Source of the DNA: Mytilus californianus
Taxonomy: Eukaryota
DNA length: 64,000 bases
Direction of reading: 5' to 3'
Assembly (NCBI RefSeq): GCF_021869535.1
Contig: NW_026262582.1
Span: 51,460,001-51,524,000 of the forward strand
The translations under genes were made by a program, and so were the position numbers. Position 1 is the first letter of the stretch. Every line of letters begins with the position of its first letter. Shown here piece after piece: positions 1 through 12,600 of this stretch. Below the pieces are notes generated by a model. It searched no databases, was not told where the DNA came from, and saw only the letters and a list, made by a program, of their open reading frames with translations.

Positions 1-1618
1 TCCTAAACTCTATGTGAAGAAGTTGTAAATGAATTCAACAGAACACATTAACTGCACCTTAACGTTAACAGAATGTTGGATTGCTATGTCGCAACAGAGG
101 CGAGACAAAAATTTTACTGTTAAAAATACTCATAAGCCAGATGAATAATCCAGTGTTACTCATATGATTTTAAATGTTACAATATCTTTTTGTGAAACCA
201 ACCACAGATCTTTTGTCCATGTTTTACTTACAAGAACTTGACAATGGTCTGTCTAATTCTTATAATATTTCAACCAATGACATTTTTGCATCCAAATTTT
301 CGAAACGGTGTACCATTAAGACAAACAGTCTTCAAATTAGAGATGTAAAGAGAAGGGTTTCTTAGATCTTTGAAACCATGAAGCTTGGACACAGTATATG
401 TATTTTAATAAGATTGTTTTGAATTGTTTACAAGATATCTACATTTGCAATGTTTTAGAATGGACAAATTCAGAAAAGATTTGTGTTATCAACACATTAA
501 TAAGTCCACTAATATGATTGGTCAATAACTTCATTTATGAGGATACCAACCTTAAAGACTGTGCCATAATTCCTGAGGACATTAGTTTAATTATTGAATC
601 TGTCCATTACAAAAATTATTTTAAATGATTGAACCACTACATTTTTCAAAATGCAAATAACAATATCAGGTCATTAGGCCATTATATACAACAATAAAGA
701 CACTCAAGGAAAAAATCAATCAAACTTTACAATAAAATTTTCTTATATGGATGAAATTAGAAAAATAAATAATTCATGGGGACGTGAATTTTGGTCTTAT
801 TATACTGTTGGATAAATGTATCATTACAGTTTACCCCACATTACCCTTTTAACCTATTTAAATTACATATTTCATGAATATATAATGACATCTTATAGAA
901 TCCTGCTAATTAGTCACTTTTGAATTTTAAACTTCCTCAAAGGAAAAAGAAAATTGGTTTCCCTAATTCATAAGAAAGCAATTTTAACCCATGTAAATTC
1001 TTCTTACTGACATCATCAATAGTTTCATTAACCTTGTACTGTATTACATTCATGTACCATATTTTGCAAACAATTTTATCAAAATGTCAATGATTTGTAT
1101 ATTTTATTTCACCAAAATTATTAAGGCATTGTCTATTCTTCTTTGCTCTATAATTCTGATAATCAAACTTAATATACCCTTCTAAAAATAGAAGATTCTG
1201 TCATAATGGTTTAAACAATCAAGGGACATAACTCCTGTGTGGCAATCAGAAAATTGTCAAAATCATTCTTAAACCACCATTTAATCATGAAAAACAACAT
1301 ATTGTAAATTGAAAATTGCATCAAGAGCGATCAAGTTATCCCATGGAGTTGACGAAAAATATATCCAAGGTCCATAACTCCTATATGGCAAAAGTGTAAA
1401 TTATCAAAATAAAACTTCACCTCCTTTTTTCACTAGTAACATTTAACAAATAAAAAATTTCTAAAATGAAAATAATATCAACACGTCTGTTTACATTGTA
1501 TGCAGATGGTAATTGAACAAAAGATTTGACTAAAAACCAACAACATCTATGACACCATTCCTACATGTAAAAATATCTAACAAATGAATAACAAAAAACT
1601 AAAACAACACATGATATA

Positions 1619-1944
1619 AAGGTATAGAGGGAGGGTTGGGATCTCACAAAACATGTTTAACCCTGCTGCATTTTTGCGCCTGTCCCAAGTCAGGAGCCTT
1701 TGGCCTTTGTAAGTCTTGTATGTTTTTTTTAATTTTAGTTCATTTATATGTTTTGGAGTTTAGTGTGACGTCCATTTTCACTGAACTAGTACACATTTTT
1801 GTTTAAGGGGCCAGCTGAAGCCAGCCTCCGCGTGCGGGATTTTCTCGCTGTGTTGAAAACCCATTGGTGGCCTTGAGTTGTTTTCTGCTCTTTGGTTGGG
1901 TTGTTGTTTCTTTGACACATTCCCCATTTCTATTCTCAATTTTA
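1619..1944 (+). mobile_element. Short 3'-end copy of the PLE at 8921-10130
   Basis: Aligns by eye with ~9810-10130 (ggtataggggagggttgagatctc...ccccatttccattctcaatttta). Confidence 0.85.
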
Positions 1945-2956
1945 CCTAAATGATAATTCAGTTGAGTCTATAACATACAGATTTAAGCTATCGAAGATTG
2001 TTGACCTTTCTCTTTCAATGTAATTAACTTTAAAGCGCAAATATAAAGAGAAGTTAAAGCATCATAACTTAAAATGATGGAATTTCTAACCCAAAAAAAC
2101 AATATATATCCTAAGATTATAATTTGACAAAAAATACTTACAAATAATATACCCTTTTAGTTTATCCATATAGGAATGATTTCTTTGTTTTAAATATAAA
2201 ATCTACAAAGTTGAGTATAATTTGTCCGCTTTTATATAATTCCTTTAGAATTGACTTTTAAATACATACCGGTAAAAGTAAACAAAACAGAATATTTGTT
2301 TCCTTAAATAAAAAATGGATCTTGCTTTGTTTAAATGCTTGTAAAAAGTCAAATCAAAAAATGTGAAACTGAAAACTTTTGCTTCCTTAAGATTATAAGA
2401 ATGATAGTTTAAGGTTATGGAAGTCTTTAATTCAATTTGATAACAATTCAATTCATTAAGTTTATTAAATTTATTAAAGTTTTCAGGTCAGTAATTTTAA
2501 CAGTCCTTACAGAGTGAAATAGTAAAAAAAATAATATAAAGCTTGATATGACTCAAGTTTTAATCAAAAGCATCTTACTTAATATTTCAAAATCATATAT
2601 AGAGAAAAAAGGCAGTTCAGTTTCTCAAATCAAAACCAAAATTTTATGTATGTTATCTCCCCTTATATTTTGATGTTACAGTACATTCTATACTATTTCA
2701 TTTACATCTGTTATTACAGGAATCATAAAAATGAATTAATTTTTTTGTTTCTTGATAGTTGTTATGATTTTTACACAAAGTAAATTTGAGAATTTTATTA
2801 AATCATTATATTTCCATCACCTGATTTTGTAGACAGACTTGATACCTGAAAGTTATCAAGTTTGACAGAGCTGAAAATCTACAAAATTTTTATATAACGG
2901 AAATATATGCAGGACCGCAGGTCTCCAAGTTATTGAAATAATAAACAAATACTTAC

Positions 2957-2980
2957 GAATGATGTAACGTTTATCCATAA
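2957..2980 (-). CDS. Weak candidate 24-nt microexon (LWINVTSF in phase 0)
   Basis: Acceptor cttcag (poor pyrimidine tract), donor GTAAGT; phase-compatible with 3430-3527. Confidence 0.15.
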
Positions 2981-3429
2981 CTGAAGTTTCTTTTTCATAT
3001 ACAAATCCTTTACATACAAATTAAGCTTCAATCAAATAGCAATGCTCAGGTCATTATTCACTCGATTTTTGTGCGTTCATCTCAAAATGTAAATGTCAAA
3101 TATTTCAACAATCCTCAGCCTATAATTGCATCTGTTACGTTTATCAATATTTAATATTCAATATTTGATTTTTAAACACGAAAAAATATTTTCAAGTTTA
3201 AATAACTCAAATCGGGACGTAATCCAATGAAGGGAAAATACCAAAATAACATAACTAATCATGTTCAACATCTTTTCTATTTACAAACGTTGATTTTGGG
3301 ATTTTGCTTTGTTTACATAGGATCATTTAATCATTTTAATGTTTATTTAATCAAATTCTAATCAATACATGTGAAAGTTGATAATTGAACGAGAAGCACT
3401 GCTTGCGACATGCGACATTATTTACATAC

Positions 3430-3527
3430 GATTCCTAAAAGCTTGGAAAGTTTGCATTGTAATCGTGGAAGATCAAAGCCGTAATTCAAAATTGATTGTG
3501 ATGTCGTTGACAGTCTGGCCCTGTGTG
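3430..3527 (-). CDS. Weak candidate exon ((A)HRARLSTTSQSILNYGFDLPRLQCKLSKLLGI)
   Basis: Acceptor ttttattgcacag, donor GTATGT, CpG-enriched; only the phase 1->0 frame is open. Confidence 0.25.
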
Positions 3528-4571
3528 CTGTGCAATAAAATGATAATTTATTGCACATTATTTTATTGCATAATTGTATTTCTCAAGTGGCCCATAAGTA
3601 TACCATATTCCTTTGAAGAATATTGTTCAAAATTGACACAGAAAATTTAATAGAGATGTTATCACCTAGATTTGATTACACACTTAATCTCATGTCAAAA
3701 TGTTCTGTCAATAAATAAAAAAAAGAGAGATTTTTATCTGTTTTGACAATGGTTTTGCAGAAAGTTTTATATGCAAAATGCAATTACCACTTTTCCAGTA
3801 TGTAACATTTCCAGTAAATTTATACAAATTTTCATGAGAAGTTTAACAAATAATTGGATTTAATCTTATCTTTCCCACTACATTCCCCCTCCCTTTTTGA
3901 TCCTTCAGAAATATAACAAAAGAAAGGAAATGTTATAACATACAAGAAATCTTAGCTTATTTTGACTCAAAAACTTATTAGTTCAGCATTTTTTTTATTG
4001 ATTTTACATATTGCAAAATTATGAAAATTTTACATCATTATAATTACATCATTATAACATCTAAATATTTTTTTTAAATTCATCATTATTCAAAGTTTGA
4101 CACTTGAGAGTTTTTTTTTCTACAATCTTAAATATCCACTCTTCTAAGTAATAAGGAAGCTATATGGATCATCAATACACTTGTGATACTGAATAAAGGT
4201 GAAAACTGCTATTTCATCATGTTCATGATGAGAAATCATGTTGAATAAAATGAGATTAAATAGGGACTAAATTTGTTTTGTCATGAACCAGGCATAAGCT
4301 AATTGTTTTTGGTTTTAACTATTTTCTGTATTCTGTAAATTTTTAGGCCATTTTTCTCTATTCTTTATACTTTTGCCTATTATTCTCTATTCTTTATATT
4401 TTAGCACCTCATTATTCTCTATTCTTTATTTTTTTGGTCCATTTTTCTCTATTCTTTATATTTTTTCCCCATTATTCTGTATTCTGTAAACCCCCATCCA
4501 CACCCTCATTATTAAACACAATTTTTGACTACTTTGATTCTGCAGCTGTGATTTTCTAGAGCAAAAGCTAA

Positions 4572-4978
4572 GAGTGCATTTGTTTCTAACCTGAAATTTT
4601 GTCATCGATGACTATCGTTTAGTAAACGTTAAGCTGCTAGAAACAAATACATCATTTAATGACCTTTATCGACCCCGCGTAGTGAAACAGAAAAAGATTA
4701 CATACACGCACTGTAAACAAACAGGTAAAAGTAAGGGAAATGAATGACCGGGAGTTGCGAAAACAACACGTGCTCGTAATTATTTAAACGACAGATGCAG
4801 AAACAAATGCATCGTTTATACGTCTCAACGATAAACGACAAACAACTACGCGACTATTTTGTGCGTACATCGTTTATGTGAACGATGTCAACGTTGACCC
4901 AAAATTGTAAGAAATAAATGGATTAAACGACTACGTGCGTAATCGTTTACATCGTTTAGGTTAGAAACAAATGGGCTC
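4572..4978. mobile_element. MITE, PIF/Harbinger-like
   Basis: ~21-bp TIR gag(tg/cc)catttgtttctaacct; TAA on both sides (4569-4571, 4979-4981); CpG-rich interior. Confidence 0.75.
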
Positions 4979-5652
4979 TAAATTTATATACTTTAATCAT
5001 TGTCATAAAAATGATTTTGCCATGAAAGACATCACAAGTTACTTATTTTTCAATCTCCAAATAGGAGGAGTCTCCCTTAGGATTTTTTTTCAATCAGAAC
5101 TTTTATGCATTTTTTTCTATGATATCTTAACTTATATTTTACGCCTGAATTATTAATGTTTAAAAACCTTTTCATAAACGTTCGATGTCAAAGCCAATAT
5201 ATTCACTGGAATTCAATACCTGAAAACATGCATGGGTAAACAATGCTTGGAAAACAACTGGTTTATTTTTACATGACAGTTTTAAATCATAACTTTTAGA
5301 GTCACAGAATGGTGAAAGTGGAGAAGTTAAGATATTTCTTCTCAAAAGTGATTTGGTCTTATTGGACCCTGAGTTAGGTGATTTTTTGTTCAAAAAACAA
5401 AACAGAGGGATGCCTATGAAAATCTGGAGGGTTGACCTAATTATGCACTGACTGACACATTAAAAAGTTTGCTGTCTGGAAACAATAAAAGTTAAAATAA
5501 ATTTGTTCCTGTTTGTCTTCCAGCAGTTAGAAAAAACCAAGAAACACACATTGGTGTTGTCCACATATAAAATATTTCTTTTACCAGTTCTTCATGCAAA
5601 ATCAAACAACTTCTTAGCAAGTATTATCAAATTGTCGTAAATATTGACTTAC

Positions 5653-5695
5653 CAACAATTTTTGGCGGAATCAACACTCTCTTTCCCAATGACAT
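5653..5695 (-). CDS. Weak candidate exon (MSLGKRVLIPPKIV)
   Basis: ATG-started frame ending G|GTAAGT in phase 1; compatible with 3430-3527. Confidence 0.2.
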
Positions 5696-7506
5696 ATTGT
5701 TCCAAAATCGTCTATCCAAAGTAAATTTACCACAATGAAACGTCTTACAGTTCCTGATTATACTTTACAGAGGTATCACTTCAGGATCATTAAGTTTACA
5801 TTCAAATATTATGCTTTGTTTGTAAACAAATGAGGCAGGTCCATACTTTTGTCTCTTAAAACTAAGCTTCTCAGATTCTTAAGCAACAATAAACTTGGAT
5901 AAAAGTGTTTATTTTCTGGTAAAAAACAGTAATTAAGCGGGAGACACAAATTCTACAAAGGCCATTGTCATCAGCAGGAACGTCTGCTTCATGTTGCTAA
6001 GATGTTTACACTGCAGTCTGTCTCAAATGTCTATGGAAATTAAACAATTAATCAAACTCCTTAACTCTTGGATTTTCCTTGGAATGTTTGCACTTAGAAT
6101 TAGGAAAGTGGTGCCTTCTTCAAATTGATGCTTGTGTTTTTGTCCTTGGAGTTGTTTAAATTATTCATATTCATATGAATGAATCTGTTTTTTATCCACA
6201 CACTCACTAAGTTAATTTCATTCAAAATTGTCAATTGTATAATATTATTTAAATAAATATCTGATAGAATTTCTAAATTACCATTTAATGCATATAAATC
6301 TTAATAAAATTTTACCATTTTTTTTTTCTTTTTAACAACAAAGCTCTCAATTTTAAAGTTACACTTTTAAAACAAGGTCAAAAGTGTTAAAACAATTGTC
6401 AAATCCTCATCAAAAGTAAATATTCAAATAGTTTAAAAACTTTTCCCACCTATAATCTCTGTTTATGACAGAAAAGAATTGGTTAACTTTTCCAAATAGG
6501 AGTTTAGAAATCCAATAATTTCCAGCGTCCCGAGCATGAACGCATAACTTCCACAAACTAACGCACAACTTGCAATGTGAAAAAACTAATTACTAAAATC
6601 TGTATTGTTAGAACTCTTTCTTCATGCTGACATTTCAGAACGATCCAATATTATATTTCAATCTTGCGGAAATATACTTTATAGATTTATCCATTATATG
6701 TTAGCATTTTTCATAAGTAAAGGAGATATATGATTGGACCAAATAATGAATTTGTCATAATCAACGAATAGAAAGACACAGATCCTTGCTATCTATAACA
6801 ACCCCTATGTGTCTGTTCAGGAAAAGAACTCCAAAATTTCCTCAAATAAATATATAAATAATTTTAAAATACTTACAAAAATATTTAAAAAAAACCCAAC
6901 AATGACAACAACCCACATTTGAAAAATTGAAAATATAAAATTCTATAAGAAATTTCACCCAACTTGATGATATTTTAGATCTTTTAAGGGTGTCTGCTAT
7001 TTTCCTTTTATTTGAATATCTTTCTATTTCAAACATTACTAAAGAGATGGTTTTTGTAAAAGCTTTCATTAGATTTCTAAGCTTCATGCCAAATCTTGTT
7101 AAGTTAATTCATTAAATTTAATCTTTTTATGTATATTTAATAAAATAAAATGTGCATATCAGTCTAATATAGGGACATACAATTTCTCCCTAATCTAGTA
7201 AATGCATGTATTATAAAAATATCAGATCAAACCAAATGTTGACCAAACAAAAAAATTAGGTAATCAAGAATTACAGTTCATTTTGCCTGAAATCATAGAA
7301 AATTTGTTGTGTGTACAATCAAAACCATTTATCAATTTACATGTATTGGATTTGACTGCTGAGGTGAAACTGCTTGCTTTAGGTGACTTGACTTTCATAG
7401 ATTCACAGACATTCATTGGCAAATGGGGCACTTGAGGAATTGTGGTTTTAAAATAAAATAAAAATGAAATTGACCAATTGCAAAAAAAAAAATAATAAAT
7501 AAATAA

Positions 7507-7745
7507 ATAAATTGCTTCGCCGAGCGCAGCTGGATACGACTGCAGAGGTCCAACACTGAACAGTTGGGGCAAAAATGGACGCAATGTTCGCGCTTGATAC
7601 AGGTCTGAATTTGGATTGTAACTAAATATTTGACACAAAAGGTTTCTGACACAGAATAACTGTAGTTAAAGAACTTAGAATTGGTTATATGATTTGAATT
7701 TATATTCAATGTTTTGCTTTTGTGCAATTCACTTTGCTGTTGCGA
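7507..7745. repeat. Interspersed repeat, also at ~59692-60170
   Basis: gcagctggatacgac..gaggtc..ctgaacagttggggcaa..gcttgataca..ctgaatttggat..aaatatttgacac shared. Confidence 0.7.
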
Positions 7746-8217
7746 ATTGACCCCTCCCTCCACAAAAAAAAATAAATTTACCCCCCCCCCCCCCCCCCCC
7801 TCCTTTTTTTTTTTGCTTTTGTGCAATACACTATGCTGTTGTTTATTAAACACACTTATTTTTTGCAAAAAAAATAATATTTGAAGAATTTTTCTTTTTA
7901 ATTTCTAAAATCTGAAAATCTGAAATGAGAAAAAATTGACCCCCCACAATTTCTTTTTACCCCCCCCCCCCCTTTTTTCCCCCAAAAAAATTCTTTCCCT
8001 CAAGATATGGTCATAATCTCAATTCAAATTTCCAATGGATTTTGCAACCATAATTACCCATTTAAATTTACCATAGTGCTAACTTAATCAATTTTATAAT
8101 AGAATTTAAAATATGGTGTCAAATCTTTCATATGGATTTTTTGGTAAAAAAAAAAAAAGATGCAACATTTGCAGATATTTTTACTGGTCTTCCTTTATAA
8201 ATATGCATTTCTTTAAA

Positions 8218-8406
8218 CATAATTTAAAAGCAGTGTAAGGGAGGTAATCAAAACGTTGTATTTGGATTACCTCCCTTACTCTAGCTGCTTTTAAATTGTC
8301 TTAATTGTTCATTAACCTTTACTTTATGCATAATTTAAAAGCAGTGTAAGGGAGGTAATTCAAATGATGTATTTGAATTACCTCCCTTACACTGCTTTTA
8401 ATTATG
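8218..8406. repeat. Two tandem palindromic hairpin units
   Basis: Second unit (8329-8406) has 30 perfectly complementary bp around a 7-nt loop; first unit (8218-8298) is a more degenerate copy. Confidence 0.85.
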
Positions 8407-8454
8407 TTTTGTACTAAATTATTTGTCCATTAACCAGGACACCCTTGTTTTTCC

Positions 8455-8830
8455 CCCTTTTTTGACCCTAATTCCTAAACGGTTTGAGCCATAACCCCCC
8501 AAAGCAAATCCTAACCATCCCTTTGTGGTATGGAAACTTGTGGTATAATTTCAGAGAGATCCATACACCGTTCCACAAGTTATTGTCTGGAAAATAGAAA
8601 ATGCTTAATTTTGGCCCCTTTTTGGCCCTTAATTCCTTAACTGTTGGTACCATAACCCCCAAAATCAATCCCAACCTTCCTTTTTGTGGTATTGAACCTT
8701 ATGGTAAAATTTCATAGAGATCCATTCGCTTAAACTAAAGTTATTGTGCGAAAACCAATGTGTCTTCGGACAACGACGACGCCAACGTCATACCAATATA
8801 CGACCACAAAATTTTTTTTGCGGTCGTATA
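8455..8830. mobile_element. Helentron-like element, family D (far end uncertain)
   Basis: Internal duplicated units, (GAC)n, terminal hairpin tatacgacc..ggtcgtata; similar to 60580-60845. Confidence 0.6.
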
Positions 8831-8920
8831 AAAATGATTGACACACATATAATTTTGGTTGTAAAAACATGATAAGGGGTACAGACATCTTTAAAAATCA
8901 GGGAAACGTTTTGATCGCAA

Positions 8921-9490
8921 ACTTTAAATAAAGCTAATACCAACAATGACCACTGCCCTTTCCTCGATCTTGATATCTATATCATTTAGGGAAAGCTTAA
9001 TACTAAAATATATGATAAAAGAGATGATTTTTCATTTCCTATCGTTAATTATCCATTTTTAGATGGTGACGTTCCCTTGTCACCATCTTACGGTGTTAAT
9101 ATATCTCAACTTGTACGATTCGCTCGTGTATGTAACAATGTTTTAGATTTTAACGAGAGAAATTTATGTATTACTGAAAAATTATTACACAAGGGTTTTC
9201 ACAAACTAGTCAAAACATTTACTAAATTTTATCATCGGTATAAGGACATCATTCGTAAATATAGCTCAACATGCAGACTTCTTATACGTTCAGGTATTTC
9301 ACATCCAATTTTTTATGGAAATATTCTTTATAAAGCACAAAAATGTCAGTATTCACCTCTGAAGCTAACAAAACCTTTAAAAAGACTTATTAAGAAGGGA
9401 TATAGTTACGATTCTGTTGTCAGGTCATTAAAGATTGCATATTTTGGAGTTAATATTGATTCACTTATAGGGTCTTTGCATCAGCACTAA
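8921..9490 (+). pseudogene. Decayed C-terminal reverse transcriptase/thumb coding fragment of the PLE
   Basis: Same frame as listed ORF 9077-9490, extends upstream; in-frame TAG at 8987-8989; no catalytic YxDD region retained. Confidence 0.8.
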
Positions 9491-9535
9491 ACACATTTAT
9501 TTAAAAACCAGTTGTAGGCATGACACGGGTTATGT

Positions 9536-9613
9536 TCTTCTCATATATGTTATGATGGTATGATACTAAACCCCTAACGGGAAGGATTGTGCCTGATATT
9601 CATATGATGAAGA
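9536..9613 (+). promoter_or_regulatory. Eukaryotic SECIS element, form 2
   Basis: Core ATGAT (9552-9556) / TGAT (9594-9597); helix II GGTATGATACT:AGGATTGTGCC, 11 bp with one A.G mismatch; unpaired AAA (9568-9570); mini-stem CCC/GGG; helix I TCTTC-TCATAT : ATATGA-T-GAAGA. Sense strand, core 62 nt after the RT stop. Confidence 0.8.
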
Positions 9614-12600
9614 CATAATCTTTCAATCAGTTTAATTGAAGTCTGGAGCTGGCATGTCATTTAACTGCTAGTAGTCTGTTGTTATTTATGTATTATTGTC
9701 ATTTTGTTTATTTTCTTTGGTTACATCTTCTGACATCAGACTCGGACTTCTCTTGAACTGAATTTTAATGTGCGTATTGTTATGCGTTTACTTTTCTACA
9801 TTGGCTAGAGGTATAGGGGGAGGGTTGAGATCTCATAAACATGTTTAACCCCGCCGCATTTTTGCGCCTGTCCCAAGTCAGGAGCCTCTAGCCTTTGTCA
9901 GTCTTGTATTATTTTTAATTTTAGTTTCTTGTGTACAATTTGGAGTTTAGTATGGCATTCATTATCACTGAACTAGTATATATATTTGTTTAGGGGCCAG
10001 CTGAAGGACGCCTCCGGGTGCGGGAATTTCTCGCTGCATTGAAGACCTGTTGGTGACCTTCTGCTGTTGTCTGTTCTATGGTCGGGTTGTTGTCTCTTTG
10101 ACACATTCCCCATTTCCATTCTCAATTTTATTAATTAGTAAAAGAAAAATCAAGTTTCTCAATGATCAAAATTAGTGTTAAATGTCAAACTGCTATATAT
10201 CCAATGAAATTATTACTGTAAATTATGTGGTTCAAATTACTTGAAATTTTTGTATTTTTGTCAACAGGCTAAAGTAAATATTCTGTCAAAATTTTATGCA
10301 AATTAAACGAGCCAATAGATATAAGAAGATCTGGTATGAGTGCCAATGAGACAACTCTCCATCCAAGTCAAAATTTATAAAAGTAAACCATTATAGGTCA
10401 AAGTACTGTCTTCAACACGGAGCCCCAAATCTATTTTGTTCAAAGTATTGGGTACCCCCTTAAGTATCATTACCTGTTTGTTGCTTCATGTTATTTATTG
10501 TTCAGTGGCAAATATTTCATTCATATTCAGATCTGTAACTGCAACAATTTGTACCAGGACTTGACATTAGGATGGACATGTGTTTATTATGCCAGGGGTC
10601 AAGATTCAGGGTTTAAAGAATAGAGAATAATTGGCCGAAAAAATTAGGAATGAGGAAAAATGGTTTGTTACAAAAAAGAGAATTACGCAGGAGGAATAGA
10701 ATCAAGAATATATTTTTATATCAATTAACAAAACCATTAAATATGTAAATACATGTATTTAACACAAAACACAAAACGACAAAAAAATGTGCTGACTCAA
10801 GGAAATCACAGAACTCATTACTGCAGGTTTTAACCTTTCCAATTATAGGGCACAAATTAGCCAATTTATGATCAAGTCATTTTTAGAACTTCAATCAGGC
10901 TACAAAAAAAATTTATGTTTACCAGCAAATTTTTCCAATGAATCCTTCCAATAGTCAACTTTCGAGTTCGTTGCATTTCCGTCAAAACTTTGGTTTTAGT
11001 GAACATCATTCGTGCGTTTAGGGGCATCGTCACTTCCTTCCCATGTTGAGCGAGTGGTTGAAAAAATATAATGCTGTATTGCACAAATTATTCGGCAAAT
11101 TAAATTCTTATAATTGATAATCAGCACTGCTGTCATTAGAGAATATTGATTAAGTACCTATGGAACAAACATTATTTCTAGTTTATCCTGCATAATGACA
11201 ATCATGAACATGCTTGATGAACTTTAATAGTGCAGGGATACAGGCGATCCCCTCTTATCTGGTAAATGACGTCATAAAGGCGTGTATAATTGACGAACTT
11301 TTCCAGTGAAGGACATAAATTGAAAGCGGTCTATTATATATAATGTTAAAAGAAACTGTGCAATCATTTTCTGCAATATAAATATGTTTCTGTAAATCCC
11401 ACTAGATTTGCAATAAAACTTGACCTTAGCTACTTTTATGCAGTATGATTATTAGATGATAAATCAATGACACATTGCACTTCTAAAAATAGATATTATT
11501 ATAGGTCACATAGGTCTAATTATCTATCTCAATGACTCAATTGATAGTGAAAATGCCTCGAGCATTGACACTTTTTTTACAGGTGGGAAGATTGGAAGAG
11601 TTAGACAAAAAAGGTGGCCTTTCTTGGAGGTCAAAATGTACATAAATTATCCTTCAACTCAGAGGTCAAGGGACAGATTAATAGCAGAAGGGGAAGTTTT
11701 TTTTAAGCCTTTTGATTGTCAAGAAAAATGTTTGGCATCCAGGTCACTACTGATGGAATTTTTTTGGACTTTTTGTCATTTCCGTGGTCCTGAGGCTTAT
11801 GTAAGAATGGCACTGGTATATCAAAAATACCCTGACTTACAATTTTTTTTAACATCTCTGTGATACTACAAATTAACTTCTTTTTCACAAGCGATTTTTA
11901 GAGTGGAAACTTAAGTCAAATATCAATTAATTGACGTGAATATGTCAATTTAATTAAATCTTTTCTTATTTATGAATGCATCAAGAAAGAAAGAAAATCA
12001 CAAAAATGCTGCAAAGTTAGCTAAAACAGGGCTATAATGCCCCCCAAAATACGTAGGTATCTGTATATATATGCAAACCAAAATTATATCAGAGGTTACT
12101 AAAAAGTGATATCATTCTAATGATTTAAAACAGATTAGGTGTATACATCAATGAAATAGCAACCCAATGTAATAAACAACCAAAAGACATCTATATAATA
12201 ATGTCATTAAGTCTAAATCACCCGGAGTTTAGAAAGTTTAAAATATATTTTAGAGATTTTCAGCACATTATATGGTATTCCGAGGCAATTTGGATATGAA
12301 TTCTGACAATAAACAAAACAATAAAATGACAAATCACTTGTTGCTGTCATGCAGATTTCGAATTTGAATTCTCAGAGGAAACAACAACAAAATTTACAAA
12401 CTTGATAATAATTTGTCTCAGTATTAAGCATCAAATCGAATTTTCAGACCCTTGGTAACTTCTGACCTTTAAACATATATAGTTTGGAATTACGCAAAGG
12501 AATGTTGTCAATAAATTCAGTATTGTAATTACAGGCAGAGGATTGCATTGCAATGTTTCAGGATTACTGTAAACAAGATGTATGGTCTTTACAATTTCAC

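Larger units (their letters stand above)
8921..10130 (+). mobile_element. 5'-truncated Penelope-like retrotransposon, Naiad-like (RT at C-terminus, no downstream GIY-YIG)
   Basis: Frame reads TLNKANTNNDHCPFLDLDIYII*GKLNTKIYDKRDDFSFPIVNYPFLDGDVPLSPSYGVNISQLVRFARVC..., which matches PLE RT motif 6/7 and thumb; ORF stops at 9490, followed by ~640 bp of 3' UTR whose distal part recurs four more times in the window. Confidence 0.8.

Noticed and set aside
1-400. Protein-like frames broken by stops at the left edge
   Set aside because: No recognisable homology; cannot distinguish a decayed transposon from chance.
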